Origin: an uncultured Acidobacteriota bacterium
Lineage (GTDB): Bacteria > Acidobacteriota > Thermoanaerobaculia > Gp7-AA8
Assembly (NCBI GenBank): GCA_963822445.1
Contig: CAWGHO010000002.1
Span: 1,088,001-1,152,000 of the forward strand
DNA length: 64,000 bases
Direction: 5' to 3'
A program made the position numbers and the translations under genes. This document shows positions 46,628 to 56,859 of this stretch, one piece after another. Below the pieces are notes generated by a model. That model made no database searches. It was not told the origin of the DNA and worked only from the letters and a program-made list of their open reading frames with translations. The first letter of the stretch is position 1. Every line of letters starts with the position of its first letter.

Positions 46628-47199
46628 GTCGCTTCGCCTGCTTCTTCTTTCTTCTCCTTCCAGCGGTGATAGAGCCAGAAGGCGACCGCGACCACGATGA
46701 TCACGCCCAGCGCGTATTTTTCGATGTGCTCCACCCGTCCGAGCAGCGCTTCGATCGCGCGTCCGAAGTAGAAGCCGGCGAAGGTGATGGCCACCGCCCA
46801 CAACGCGCAGCTCAACGCCTCGTAGACCAGGAACTTCACCAGGCCGATCTTCGACATGCCGATGATCACCGCGCAGGTGATGCGCAGGCCGTAAATCCAC
46901 TGGGTGATGATGATCGCCGTCGCGCCGTAGCGCTCGAAGACGCGGATGCCTTTGCCGAAGTGACGCTTCATCCGGGGGAACCGGTCGAGCAGCTTCACGC
47001 CGTGCACCCGGCCGAGCCAGAACCAGAAGAGATGCCCCGCGTACGCGCCGGCGAACGCGACCACGGTCACGAGCGTCAGGCTGAGATAGCCGCGGGAGGC
47101 GAAGAACCCCGCGGCGATGAGGATGGCCTCGCCCTCCAGAAACGTGCCGACGAAAACGGCCAGATAGCCGAACTGTTCGAGCAACGCTTCCGCAGACAT
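46624..47199 (-). CDS. DedA-family membrane protein
   Basis: [22 protein letters not shown]. Confidence 0.9.
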   Translation of the reverse strand: MSAEALLEQFGYLAVFVGTFLEGEAILIAAGFFASRGYLSLTLVTVVAFAGAYAGHLFWFWLGRVHGVKLLDRFPRMKRHFGKGIRVFERYGATAIIITQWIYGLRITCAVIIGMSKIGLVKFLVYEALSCALWAVAITFAGFYFGRAIEALLGRVEHIEKYALGVIIVVAVAFWLYHRWKEKKEEAGEAT

Positions 47200-47282
47200 C
47201 AGGCTCTTCCCCGTGCAAGATTCGGGACGCGCGTGAAATGCAGCCATGCCAGACTGGCATTACACGAACGGGAGAACGACAC

Positions 47283-47828
47283 ATGAAACGCGCCCTGACG
47301 ATCCTGGCCCTGGCCGCCGTGCCCGTTTTTGCTGACGAGCCGGCGAAGAAAACCGCTGCCGCTACCCAGACCGCTTCTGCAACCGAAGCCGCGCGGCCGA
47401 AGACCATCTCCGCGGCTCCCGCTTCCAGCGAGGACTCCCCGCTCGTCGCCGCGGCGCGCCGCACGAATCGCGCGAAGAAATCCAACGTCAAGATCACCAA
47501 CGCCAACCTCGGCAAGTACGGCTCGGGCTCGGCGCGCATCACCACGTCCTCGAATCAGGAGCCGCTGGTAATGCCCGCTCCGCTCCCTCCTTCGACGCCT
47601 CCGGCCGAGGTCAAGATCGTCGCGGCGCGTGAAGAGGCCCGCAAGGCCGCGCAGATCGAGGCGCAGAGGAAGAGCAAAGAGGAAGCGGAGCGCAGGCTCA
47701 AAGCTGCCGCTGCCGCGGAGCGTGCCGAGGAAGGGATGTACGGCGAGACGGATGCGGACGTCGGCTACGGCGAGGGCGAGCAGCAACAGGCACCGCGCCC
47801 GAAAGAAGAGAAGCCGCCTCAAAGCTGA
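47283..47828 (+). CDS. Hypothetical secreted protein
   Basis: SD GGAG; signal peptide; DSPLVAAARR..ITNANL. Confidence 0.7.
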   Translation: MKRALTILALAAVPVFADEPAKKTAAATQTASATEAARPKTISAAPASSEDSPLVAAARRTNRAKKSNVKITNANLGKYGSGSARITTSSNQEPLVMPAPLPPSTPPAEVKIVAAREEARKAAQIEAQRKSKEEAERRLKAAAAAERAEEGMYGETDADVGYGEGEQQQAPRPKEEKPPQS

Positions 47829-47837
47829 CGTCCCTGC

Positions 47838-48482
47838 TCACCGCTCTCCGCGGTGGGCACCCTCGCGTGCTTCCAGGGTGCGCAGGACCTTCTCCAGCAG
47901 CACCCACATCCGCTCGAGATTCTGTTCGATGCGCTCGAGCCTTTGATCGAGATCGCCGCTCTCCATCTCCGCGACGATGTCCCAGAAAATCGGATCGCTG
48001 GGCGAGTTGCGCTGCGGCCTTTGTCTTGCCGACAAGGTGTCTTCGCCGAGAACCGGTTCCGGGTAGCAGCGCTCGATCATCGTCGAGATCGAGCTCTCGG
48101 GCGCGATCAACGGCGTGACGGTCATCGCCGCGGCCGTCTCCAGTTTCTCGAGCACGTCCACATCGGTCGGATCGACCATCGCCACTTCGAGGCGGTCGCC
48201 GTCCATCCGCACGGGGATGGCCTTGCAGTCGATCACGACCGAGCGGGGGAGCTTGCGCAGGATCTTCTTGGGGATGTCGACATGGAGAAGGCTGATGCAG
48301 GGGATGTCGATCTGCTTGGAAAGGAACGCGGCGAGCACGTTCTCGTCGATGAACTTGAGGTCGACCAGCGTCGAGCCGAACCGCTTGCCCGTCCGCCGCT
48401 GTTCGGAGAGCGCGACCTGCATCTGAACTTCGTCGATCAGGTTCGCCGCCGTCAGCATTTCACCGAGGTTCTGCCGGTGCAT
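47838..48482 (-). CDS. Stand-alone MshEN/GspE-N-terminal domain protein
   Basis: LGEML...LI...Q...AL..Q...G.RFG..LV; AIP; VAM.DP; no ATPase domain. Confidence 0.8.
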   Translation of the reverse strand: MHRQNLGEMLTAANLIDEVQMQVALSEQRRTGKRFGSTLVDLKFIDENVLAAFLSKQIDIPCISLLHVDIPKKILRKLPRSVVIDCKAIPVRMDGDRLEVAMVDPTDVDVLEKLETAAAMTVTPLIAPESSISTMIERCYPEPVLGEDTLSARQRPQRNSPSDPIFWDIVAEMESGDLDQRLERIEQNLERMWVLLEKVLRTLEAREGAHRGER

Positions 48483-48494
48483 CGGCGCATCGTA

Positions 48495-48606
48495 GCAGTA
48501 GGCGGTTCGGCCGCCTTGCGGCGGCCTCGCAGTAGGCGGTAGGCAGGAGAAAAACGTTCAGAAACGATCTCCTCCACTGCCAACTGCCCACTGCCTACTG
48601 CCTACT
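48495..48606. repeat. Inverted heptamer element (GCAGTAG family) with embedded GC hairpin
   Basis: GCAGTAGGCGGT..GGCCGCC-TTGC-GGCGGCC..GCAGTAGGCGGTAGGCAG; right arm CCACTGCCAACTGCCCACTGCCTACTGCCTACT. Confidence 0.88.
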
Positions 48607-48754
48607 AAGCCGTCCGGTGGCGCTTGAGCGCCCGGTAACCGCCGATCAGTCCGATGACCATTCCGAGCTTGCCGAAGCCGAGCATGCGGGCCGCGCCGCG
48701 GGCGCATTTCTGACCGACTCGGAACACGAGAAGTTGTTTGATGAAGTTCCACAT
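48605..48754 (-). CDS. Small basic amphipathic protein, 49 aa
   Basis: SD AGGAGG; MWNFIKQLLVFRVGQK...GGYRALKRHRTA. Confidence 0.6.
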   Translation of the reverse strand: MWNFIKQLLVFRVGQKCARGAARMLGFGKLGMVIGLIGGYRALKRHRTA

Positions 48755-48810
48755 AGCGCGGTTCCTCCTGCCTCCAAATAGTGCAAGGCGAAGGCCACTC
48801 AATCTACGGC

Positions 48811-50247
48811 TTAAACTGCTGATTTGACGTGGGTTAGCCGCTCATGTAGGGCGTGGGCGGCAACGTAGCCGTAGCCGCTCACGAAGAGGGCCAGGAAGGG
48901 CAGAGACACCCAATGCTCGCGTGCGGCGAATGTTGCCACCGCGGCGATGAAAAGCAGGGTGAGGGCGATCTCCAGCCACGGCATGCGCGGCCGCCCGTCG
49001 CTCACGCGCGACGCGTGGTCGCCCTGCTTCGGCGTGCGGCGGAAGTAGCCGCCGGTGTGCACGAGCCCTTCGAGCACGGCAGCGGCGTTGCGGATCGACA
49101 TCCCCACGCCGACGGGCAACACCGCCAGCAATTCGCGAAGCGGCGGCAAGGGTCGTCCCGCCCAGCGTTGTCCTTCGCGATAGAAGAGCAGCACCGAGCC
49201 TGTCGATGCGGCGAAGAGAAAGAAGTCGGCGGTGAAGCTCCAGCCGAGGTCGTGGCGGTAGCGGATCAGCATCGAGGGGATGGAGAGGAACGCGAGCAGG
49301 ACGCTCAACAGGTACGCCGTGTTGTTCGTGAGATGAAAAACCGCCTCGGCCTTCACGCCCCTGCGCAGATCGTTGCGAAGAATCGATGGCAGCAGCTTGC
49401 GCGCGGTCTGGATCGAGCCTTTCGTCCAGCGATGCTGTTGCTCCTGAAAGCCGCTCAGCGCCGCGGGCAGTTCCGCCGGGACTTCGACGTCGGGCAGAAA
49501 CACGAACTCCCAACCCGCCAACTGCGCGCGATAAGAAAGATCGAGATCCTCGGTGAGCGTCGATGACGACCAGCCGCCCGCTTCCTCGATCGCCGCGCGG
49601 CGCCAGACACCGGCCGTGCCGTTGAAGTTGAAGAAACGTCCGCCGAAATTGCGCGCCGCGGATTCCACGGCAAAGTGCGCGTCGAGAAAAAGCGCCTGCA
49701 CGCGGGTGAGCATCGACGCCTCGCGATTGATGTGCGTCCAGCGCGCCTGCACCATGCCCACGCGCTCGTCGGCAAAGTACGGAACCATCTTCAGCAGGAC
49801 GTCGGGGCGCGGAACGAAGTCGGCGTCGAACACCGCGAACAGCTCGCTGTCGCTGCGGCGCATCCCTTCCGCGAGCGCGCCGGCCTTGAATCCGTCGCGC
49901 GACCCGCGCTGCACGTGCTCGACGCGAATGCCACGCGCGCGCATCGACGCGACCTGCATCGCCACGATCTCACTGGTGTGATCGGTCGAGTCGTCGAGCA
50001 CCTGAATGGACAGCGGGCCGGGATATTCGATGGCCGCGACAGCCTCCAGCAGCCGCGCGGCGACGTTTGGCTCGTTGTAAAGCGGAAGCTGGATGGTGAG
50101 CGGCGGAAAGACCTGCGCGGTGATGCGCGGCGGCTCCGGCGTGCGCCGTCTCAATCTGACAAGATAGAAACGATGGACGCTGTAGACGGCCAGGGCGCTG
50201 AGGACGGCGTAGTACAGCGCAAGGAGGACCGCTTCGACGGCGTTCAT
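48811..50247 (-). CDS. GT2 cellulose-synthase-like membrane glycosyltransferase
   Basis: QLPLYNE, DDSTD, KAG, DADF, TED, QQHRW. Confidence 0.93.
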   Translation of the reverse strand: MNAVEAVLLALYYAVLSALAVYSVHRFYLVRLRRRTPEPPRITAQVFPPLTIQLPLYNEPNVAARLLEAVAAIEYPGPLSIQVLDDSTDHTSEIVAMQVASMRARGIRVEHVQRGSRDGFKAGALAEGMRRSDSELFAVFDADFVPRPDVLLKMVPYFADERVGMVQARWTHINREASMLTRVQALFLDAHFAVESAARNFGGRFFNFNGTAGVWRRAAIEEAGGWSSSTLTEDLDLSYRAQLAGWEFVFLPDVEVPAELPAALSGFQEQQHRWTKGSIQTARKLLPSILRNDLRRGVKAEAVFHLTNNTAYLLSVLLAFLSIPSMLIRYRHDLGWSFTADFFLFAASTGSVLLFYREGQRWAGRPLPPLRELLAVLPVGVGMSIRNAAAVLEGLVHTGGYFRRTPKQGDHASRVSDGRPRMPWLEIALTLLFIAAVATFAAREHWVSLPFLALFVSGYGYVAAHALHERLTHVKSAV

Positions 50248-51354
50248 GGAGCGGCGCTGATTCTACTCGGCGCTGCGGTCGCCCTCGCGCCGGCGATCAC
50301 GGAGCGGTTCGGATTTCGCGGATTCGTTGCGGTTTACGCGATTGCGGCGGTGGCCTGGCTGCCGCTGCGCAATCGATCGATCCGGCTCGCGTACGCGATT
50401 GCCATCGCCGTCGCCCTTCGCGCCTTTCTGCTGTTTCCCGAGCCGCGTCTGTCCGGCGATGTCTATCGCTACCTCTCCGACGGTCGCGCGCTCGCGAGCG
50501 GGACGAATCCCTACTCGTACTACCCGACCGATCCGCGCATCAACCATCCGGAGATCCGCTCGATCTATCCGCCACATGCGCAACTGCTGTTCGCCGCCGT
50601 GCACGAGCTGCACTGGTGGCGCGTTCTGATCATCGCGTTCGATGTCGTCGCGATCGTCCTGCTTCGTAAGCGTGGACTCGCGTACGCAACCTGCCCGCTG
50701 GTGCTCTTCGAAGGGACGTGGAGTGGACACATCGACGTGATTGCCGGCGTGTTGCTCTTGATCGCGCTCACGCGACGGAACGGCGTGGCCGCGGGGATCG
50801 CGGCCGGATTGAAGATCATCCCGCTCGCGGCGGTTCCGGCGATCTTCGGCCGACGCGTACCGTGGACGTTCTTCATCGCCCTGATCGTGCCGGTCTTGTT
50901 CTTTCTCGGCGGTCCGATCATGCCCGGCTTCCGCGATTACGCGACGCGCTGGATCTTCAACTCGCCGCTGTACGACGCCGTGTTCAGCATCGTGGAACTC
51001 ATTCCGACGAAGACCATCTGGACGCATCACCCGCTTCGCTTCGAAGTGATCTCCGACTTCGTCTACCGCCACGTCTACCCCGATTTCGTGACCCGCGCGA
51101 TCATGGCCACGATCGCCATCGCCGCGATTCTTCTCGCGCGGCGGGCCTCCAGCGCGATCGCGGCTCTGCTTCTCTGCTCGCCGGCCATCCATCCCTGGTA
51201 CTGGCTCGCGCTCGTTCCCGCGGCGCTCGTGGAGAGGACGCGGTGGCTGTTGGTCGCGCTGGCAGCACCGGCGTCGTACCTGCTGTACGACAAGGCCCCG
51301 CCAATCCTCATCTACATCCTCTGCTACGCTCTCGCGCTTCGTCCGAACCGATGA
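50246..51354 (+). CDS. GT-C-like polytopic glycosyltransferase (start uncertain)
   Basis: LSGDVYRY..DG, G.NPY, IYPP, GH.D, HPWY. Confidence 0.7.
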
Positions 51355-53339
51355 AACGGATCATCCTCATTTTCCTGGCCGTCGCCGCGCTCTACACCGG
51401 CGCGGGATTCGTTCCTGGCCGCACCTTCGCGCCGCTCGATCTGCCGCTCGACGCCGGCGCGTGGAAAGCCGATCCGGCGCAGCGCGTGCGCGTCTCGAAC
51501 TCGCTCCTCTCCGACGTCATCACCCAGTTCATCCCCTGGGAGCGGCAGATGCGCCGCCTCCTCGGCCAGGGAGAATTTCCGTTCATCAACCCGTACGCCG
51601 GTGAGGGCGGGATGCTGTACGCCGATCCGGGCGCCGGCCTGTTCTCGCCGTTCACCTGGCTGCGGATTGCGTTCGATCTCGAGGGCTGGGCCATCGCGGC
51701 GTTTCTGAAGATTCTCATTGCGGCGATCTGCGCGTACTGGCTCGCGCGCGAGCTGGACATCACCCGCAACGAAGCGATTCTTTCCGCGCTCGTCTTCGCG
51801 ACGTGCGGCTACACGATCGCCTGGCTGCTCTGGCCGCACAGCAGCATCTTCGTGCTTCTGCCGGGCTTCGCCGCGGCCGCGATTCGCCTGATCAAACAGC
51901 CTCGCGCGCGGCACGCGGCGTTGGTCATCCTCTTCGCGGCGCTGTGCACCGGCGGCGGCCATCCGGAGACGCTGTTCGTCGGCATGGTCGGCATCTGGAT
52001 CTTTCTGATCTGGGAGTCGGAACGCCAGCCGGGTCTCAACCTGATGGCCCTGATTCCGTCGGTCGTCGGCGCACTGCTCGGCTTTCTGCTGCTCTTCGTG
52101 CAGCTCGTGCCGTTCTTCGTCGTGGTCAGCGAGTCGCACGCGGCGGTGAGCCGTCCCGGGATCGCGCACCCGTTCCGCATGTGGGCCGCGGCATCCCAGG
52201 TCCTTCCCGGAATCCTCGGCAGCCCGCTGCGCGGCGAGCTCGATCTCACCGTTTACGCGCACGGCGAGAGCTTCAATCACCGCGCTGGCGCGTTCATCGG
52301 CGCGATCGTGCTCCTGGCGATCATCGTCTCGTTTCGCTCGCTCACGCCGACTCTGCGCCGCGGCCTGATCATCGGCACGATCGCGCTCGTTCTCTCCTGG
52401 TATCCGCCCGGCGTCTGGTCGGTCTTCCGTCACGTGCCGGTCTTTCGCGTGCTCGCCCTCGAATATGGGGCGGTGCTCTTCGCGCTCTTCGGATCGCTCG
52501 CGGCGGGACCGGCCATCGCCATCCTCGCCTCGCGGCCGCGACGGAAGAGCGGCGCGATGCTCATCGTCGCCGGCCTGGTCATGATCGCCAGCGCCGCGAT
52601 TCCGCGAACAACGCTGACTCGCGCCGCTCGCAGCGGTATCGAAACGCTGAAATCGCGCGGCCATCTCCAGCAGCCCGCCGCGGTGTACGAGCAACGACTC
52701 GGCTACTACCTCGATGCCGGCCGCGCCACGGCCGTGCGTCGCGTCGCGCTTCCCGGCCTCTGCTTCGCTCTCGCCGGAATCGGCTTGCTTCGCGGCCGCA
52801 AGTCACTCGTCGCCGCGGCCGCGCTCGCGGAGCTCATCGCCTTCGGCTACGGCTACAACCCGGCGGTGAAGATGACCGACGTTCCGCCGGAGCCGCGCGC
52901 GATCGTGGAAGTGAAGCGCCTCGATCCTTCGAGCCAATACCTGGTCGCCGCGCCGGCCGAAACCTTCGCCGCAAACCTCGGCACGCTCTACCGCGTTCGC
53001 GACGTCATCGCCTACGACGCACTCAATCGGCGAGCACGCATCGAGCAGCTCGTCGCCGCCGGATACGACCCGCATCTTCATTCGTTCGGACCGTCGTTCA
53101 CGCCCGAGCAGACCCGCGTGCTGGCGACGCTTGGCGTGAGGTACGTGATCGACCGCACGGGCACGATTCAGGAGCTTCCCGACGCGACGCCGATCGCGCC
53201 ACCGCCGAACACGCCGCCGCGCGGAATCGTGGCAGGGGCGATCATTTCGATTCTCGCGGCGCTGGCGAGCGTCGGCTGGCTGCGGCTCTACCGGCTGCCG
53301 GCGGTCACGCAGCCTCCGCCTTCAACGCACGGGTCATGA
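51351..53339 (+). CDS. YfhO-like polytopic membrane protein
   Basis: D...QF.PW, GEFP..NPY..EGG, GHPET; many TMs. Confidence 0.7.
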   Translation: MKRIILIFLAVAALYTGAGFVPGRTFAPLDLPLDAGAWKADPAQRVRVSNSLLSDVITQFIPWERQMRRLLGQGEFPFINPYAGEGGMLYADPGAGLFSPFTWLRIAFDLEGWAIAAFLKILIAAICAYWLARELDITRNEAILSALVFATCGYTIAWLLWPHSSIFVLLPGFAAAAIRLIKQPRARHAALVILFAALCTGGGHPETLFVGMVGIWIFLIWESERQPGLNLMALIPSVVGALLGFLLLFVQLVPFFVVVSESHAAVSRPGIAHPFRMWAAASQVLPGILGSPLRGELDLTVYAHGESFNHRAGAFIGAIVLLAIIVSFRSLTPTLRRGLIIGTIALVLSWYPPGVWSVFRHVPVFRVLALEYGAVLFALFGSLAAGPAIAILASRPRRKSGAMLIVAGLVMIASAAIPRTTLTRAARSGIETLKSRGHLQQPAAVYEQRLGYYLDAGRATAVRRVALPGLCFALAGIGLLRGRKSLVAAAALAELIAFGYGYNPAVKMTDVPPEPRAIVEVKRLDPSSQYLVAAPAETFAANLGTLYRVRDVIAYDALNRRARIEQLVAAGYDPHLHSFGPSFTPEQTRVLATLGVRYVIDRTGTIQELPDATPIAPPPNTPPRGIVAGAIISILAALASVGWLRLYRLPAVTQPPPSTHGS

Positions 53340-54303
53340 GTTTCTGAATGGACCCGCGCACGCTCTCGTCTTCGTAGAGCACGCGATACATCTCCGAGGT
53401 GATGGGCATCTCGATCTGATGGTGATCGGCGAGCTGCTTCGCCGACTTCGAAGTCTTGATCCCCTCGGCCACGAACTTCGCGTCGCGCAGGATGTCCTCG
53501 AGCTTCTTCCCCTGGCCGAGGAGGACGCCGACGCTGCGATTGCGGGAGAGCGCGCCGGTACAGGTCAGAACCAGATCGCCCATGCCGGCGAGGCCGGCGA
53601 AGGTTTCCGGCCGTCCGCCGAGAGCGATGCCGAGCTTGGTGATCTCGTGCAGGCCTCGCGTGATCAGCGCCGCGTTCGTGTTCGCTCCGAGGCCGAGGCC
53701 TTCGAGGACTCCGGCGGCGATGGCCACGACGTTCTTCAGCGAGCCCGCGAGCTCGACGCCGATGACGTCGCTGGAGTGATACAGCCGGAACGTCGAAGAC
53801 GACATGGCCTGCTGCATCTGTTGCGCGAGCTCGAGATCCGTCGAGGCGATGACCGCCGCTGTGGGATCGGCGCGCGCGCATTCGAGAGCGAAGGTCGGGC
53901 CGGAGAGCACCGCGAAGGCGCGAAGGCGTTCGCCGAGGACGTGCGAGGAGATCTGCGACATCCGCTCGAGGGTCTCGTTCTCGATGCCTTTCGTTCCCGA
54001 GATCACGCTCACCGGATGTGTCAGGTGCGCGGCCAGGTTGCCCAGGACTTCGCGGTAGTGATGGCTGGGGACGACCATGAAGAGCGTGTCGCTGAACGTC
54101 GCTGCTTCGACGACGTCGTTCGTCGCGCGCACGTTGTCGCCGAGCTTCACGCCGGCGAGGTAGTTCGGATTCAGCCCCGTTTCGCGAATCCCCGCGGCCA
54201 CCTCGGGATCATGCGCCCACAGCAGAACGTCGTTGCCCGCGCGCGCCGCGGCCGCGGCCATGGCCGTGCCGAATGCGCCCGCGCCGATGATGGAGATCTT
54301 CAT
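53305..54303 (-). CDS. gpsA: NAD(P)H-dependent glycerol-3-phosphate dehydrogenase
   Basis: GAGAFGTA, TKGIE, SGP.FA, LKNV.AI, G.GDL.LTC...SRN. Confidence 0.96.
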   Translation of the reverse strand: MKISIIGAGAFGTAMAAAAARAGNDVLLWAHDPEVAAGIRETGLNPNYLAGVKLGDNVRATNDVVEAATFSDTLFMVVPSHHYREVLGNLAAHLTHPVSVISGTKGIENETLERMSQISSHVLGERLRAFAVLSGPTFALECARADPTAAVIASTDLELAQQMQQAMSSSTFRLYHSSDVIGVELAGSLKNVVAIAAGVLEGLGLGANTNAALITRGLHEITKLGIALGGRPETFAGLAGMGDLVLTCTGALSRNRSVGVLLGQGKKLEDILRDAKFVAEGIKTSKSAKQLADHHQIEMPITSEMYRVLYEDESVRGSIQKLMTRALKAEAA

Positions 54304-54953
54304 CGCTGGTCCTTCTTCTGTCCCATCCTGCGTTCCGTTCCACCGACGAGCCTGGCGATGTTCGAGTGATGCTTGGCGATGACGGCGATGGCAATGGCGA
54401 TGCTGGCCACGATGTGCCAGAACGGCGCGTCTGACACGAGAAAACGCATGAACAACGGGATCGACGCCGCGGTGACGATCGAGGCGAGGGAGACGAAGCG
54501 GGAGAGGATCACCACGATCGCGAACACGATCAGCGCGCCGGCGATGACGATCGGATTCATCGCCAGAAACACGCCGCCCGCCGTCGCCACACCTTTCCCG
54601 CCATGGAACCGCAGCCAGACCGGATACATGTGCGCGAGGACGGCGATCAATCCAGCCAGCGCAACCCAGAACTCCCGCGATTCCCACGGCGCGGTTCCGG
54701 CCGCGAACGGCCATCCCGGCTGCGCAACCATCCATCGCGCCATCGCCACCGCGGCATAGCCCTTGGCGATGTCGAGCAGCAACGCGATGATCCCCGGAAG
54801 CTTGCCCACCGTCCGCGCGACATTCGTCGCCCCGACATTCCGGCTGCCCTCTTCGCGCAAGTCCCGCCCCGCCACGAGACGAACCACGAGAAAGCTGAAG
54901 GGGATGGAGCCGACGAGATAAGCGCCGACGATCAGCGCGACCGGCCAGATCAT
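54300..54953 (-). CDS. plsY: Glycerol-3-phosphate acyltransferase
   Basis: YL.GSIP, GS.N.GATN, F.GGKGVAT, HHSNI.RL..G.E. Confidence 0.96.
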   Translation of the reverse strand: MIWPVALIVGAYLVGSIPFSFLVVRLVAGRDLREEGSRNVGATNVARTVGKLPGIIALLLDIAKGYAAVAMARWMVAQPGWPFAAGTAPWESREFWVALAGLIAVLAHMYPVWLRFHGGKGVATAGGVFLAMNPIVIAGALIVFAIVVILSRFVSLASIVTAASIPLFMRFLVSDAPFWHIVASIAIAIAVIAKHHSNIARLVGGTERRMGQKKDQR

Positions 54954-54960
54954 GCGGGGG

Positions 54961-55437
54961 CTATTGTAGTGACTCAACCGCGCGTTTGATGGCAGGGCGA
55001 TCCATCATCACGAGCTCGACCTGCTCGAGTGCTACTTCCTTCACGAGGAAACCGGCCTGCACCAACTTCCGCACATCGGCCAGGTCTTTGACGTGACCGC
55101 GTTCGAGCCTGGCCAGGGTCTGCGCATAGAAGTCGAGATGGTGAAATGAAAGATCGCCTTCCCGCGCGATGAACGCACTGCGCTCCTGCCAACCGGGCGG
55201 CGCGAAACGCGGCAGCTCGCGATCGACGTTGACCCCAAGCTCATCACGCAGGCTCACGGCTGCGCGCAAGACATTGTCGTCGTCGGTGATCAGGTCAATG
55301 TCGATTGCAACGACGCGTAAACCAAGCAGCAAGAGCGACGCGCCACCAGTAACGTAAACGCGTCCCGATGCGCCGGACCGGGTACCAAGCTCGCGCAGAA
55401 AGTGATGGAGGATCGTGGCGTCTACCAGCTGACGCAT
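54961..55437 (-). CDS. DUF6036-like nucleotidyltransferase-fold protein
   Basis: VYVTGGAS.LL.G.R....DIDL; RG..KD..DV. Confidence 0.7.
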   Translation of the reverse strand: MRQLVDATILHHFLRELGTRSGASGRVYVTGGASLLLLGLRVVAIDIDLITDDDNVLRAAVSLRDELGVNVDRELPRFAPPGWQERSAFIAREGDLSFHHLDFYAQTLARLERGHVKDLADVRKLVQAGFLVKEVALEQVELVMMDRPAIKRAVESLQ

Positions 55438-55703
55438 TCGGCGGTCGACTCGAAACTGGCAAGCCTGCGGATCAACGCGTTGTATTTCGAGTGTGCGCCG
55501 TCCCCGTGAACATCAGCGAGTAGCGCGTAAAGCCGATTCTCGGGATAGTCCAGGGAATCCGGCACCTCCAGGCCGAGACGGCGCAAGCGCGGCCCGCCTA
55601 CAAGAACGAGCATTGCCTCGACAGATTCGAGCCCGTTCGCAAGATCACTCAGTCCCTCGCGAATGAGATCCGCGCCCGGCAACCTGTCGTCGATCTCGCG
55701 CAC
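55422..55703 (-). CDS. Small partner protein of the nucleotidyltransferase
   Basis: 93-aa ORF overlapping the downstream gene; LPG.DL...GL.DL, AHS.YNALIRRL.SFE. Confidence 0.65.
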   Translation of the reverse strand: MREIDDRLPGADLIREGLSDLANGLESVEAMLVLVGGPRLRRLGLEVPDSLDYPENRLYALLADVHGDGAHSKYNALIRRLASFESTAECVSW

Positions 55704-55719
55704 GAATCCGAGTATAGGG

Positions 55720-56859
55720 TCACACCCCGTCGAACGCGTTCTCGAGGTCCGCGATGACGTCCTCGACGTCCTCGATTCCCACCGAGATCCGCACCAATCC
55801 CGGCGTGATGCCCAGGCGGTGGCGCATCTCTTCCGGAACCGACCCGTGGGTCATGCTGCTCGGGTGGGAGATCAGCGTCTCCACGCCGCCGAGCGACTCC
55901 GCGAGGGAGCAGAGACGGACGCAGTCGAGGAACTTCTTGGCGTTCTCGTACGAACCGAGCTCGAACGAGATCATCGAGCCGAAGCCGTTCATCTGCTTCC
56001 TGGCCAGCTCGTGTTGCGGGTGGTCGGGAAGGCCGGGGTAGAAGACCTTCTTCGCCTTCGGCTGCCTGGCGATGTAATCGGCCACGGCCCGGCCGTTTTC
56101 TTCGTGCGCCTTCATCCGCACGGCCAGGGTCTTGATGCCGCGCAGGACCAGCCACGAATCGAACGGCGAGAGGATCGCGCCGACCGCGTTCTGCAGGAAG
56201 CCGATCTGTTCCGCGATCGCGTCGTCATTCGACACGACCACGCCGCCGACCGAATCCGAGTGCCCGTTGAGAAACTTCGTCGTCGAGTGCACGACGATGT
56301 CCGCGCCGAGCTCGATCGGCCGCTGCAGGTACGGCGAGCAGAACGTGTTGTCGACGACGACCAGCGCTCCGCCTTCGTGCGCCACATCGGCGCACGCGGC
56401 GAGATCGGTGATGGTCATCATCGGATTGGTCGGCGTCTCCAGGAACACGATCCGCGTGTTCGGCTTCATCGCAGACTTCACCGCGCCGGCGTTCGACGTA
56501 TCGACGTACGTGAACTGCAGGCCGTACTTTTCGAGCACGCGGCTGAACAGACGATACGAGCCGCCGTACATGTTCTCGCCGGCCACCACGTGATCGCCCG
56601 ACTTCAGCAGCCGGAAAACGGTATCGGTCGCCGACATCCCCGACGCGAAGCAGTGTCCGTGCTTTCCTTTTTCCAGCGCGGCGATGTTCGCTTCGAGCGC
56701 CGACCGCGTCGGATTCTTCGTCCGCGCGTATTCGTATCCCTTGTGTTTGCCGAGCTCCGGCTGCACGTAGGTCGAGGTCTGGTAGATGGGGATCGTGACC
56801 GCACCGGTCACCGGCTCCGGCTCCTGGCCGGCGTGAATGCAATCAGTTGAAAAGGCCAC
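55720..56859 (-). CDS. Cystathionine gamma-lyase/synthase family PLP enzyme
   Basis: IYQTST, Y.RT.NPTR, ETPTNP, DNTF, HSTTKF.NGHSD, AESLGG.E. Confidence 0.92.
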   Translation of the reverse strand: MAFSTDCIHAGQEPEPVTGAVTIPIYQTSTYVQPELGKHKGYEYARTKNPTRSALEANIAALEKGKHGHCFASGMSATDTVFRLLKSGDHVVAGENMYGGSYRLFSRVLEKYGLQFTYVDTSNAGAVKSAMKPNTRIVFLETPTNPMMTITDLAACADVAHEGGALVVVDNTFCSPYLQRPIELGADIVVHSTTKFLNGHSDSVGGVVVSNDDAIAEQIGFLQNAVGAILSPFDSWLVLRGIKTLAVRMKAHEENGRAVADYIARQPKAKKVFYPGLPDHPQHELARKQMNGFGSMISFELGSYENAKKFLDCVRLCSLAESLGGVETLISHPSSMTHGSVPEEMRHRLGITPGLVRISVGIEDVEDVIADLENAFDGV

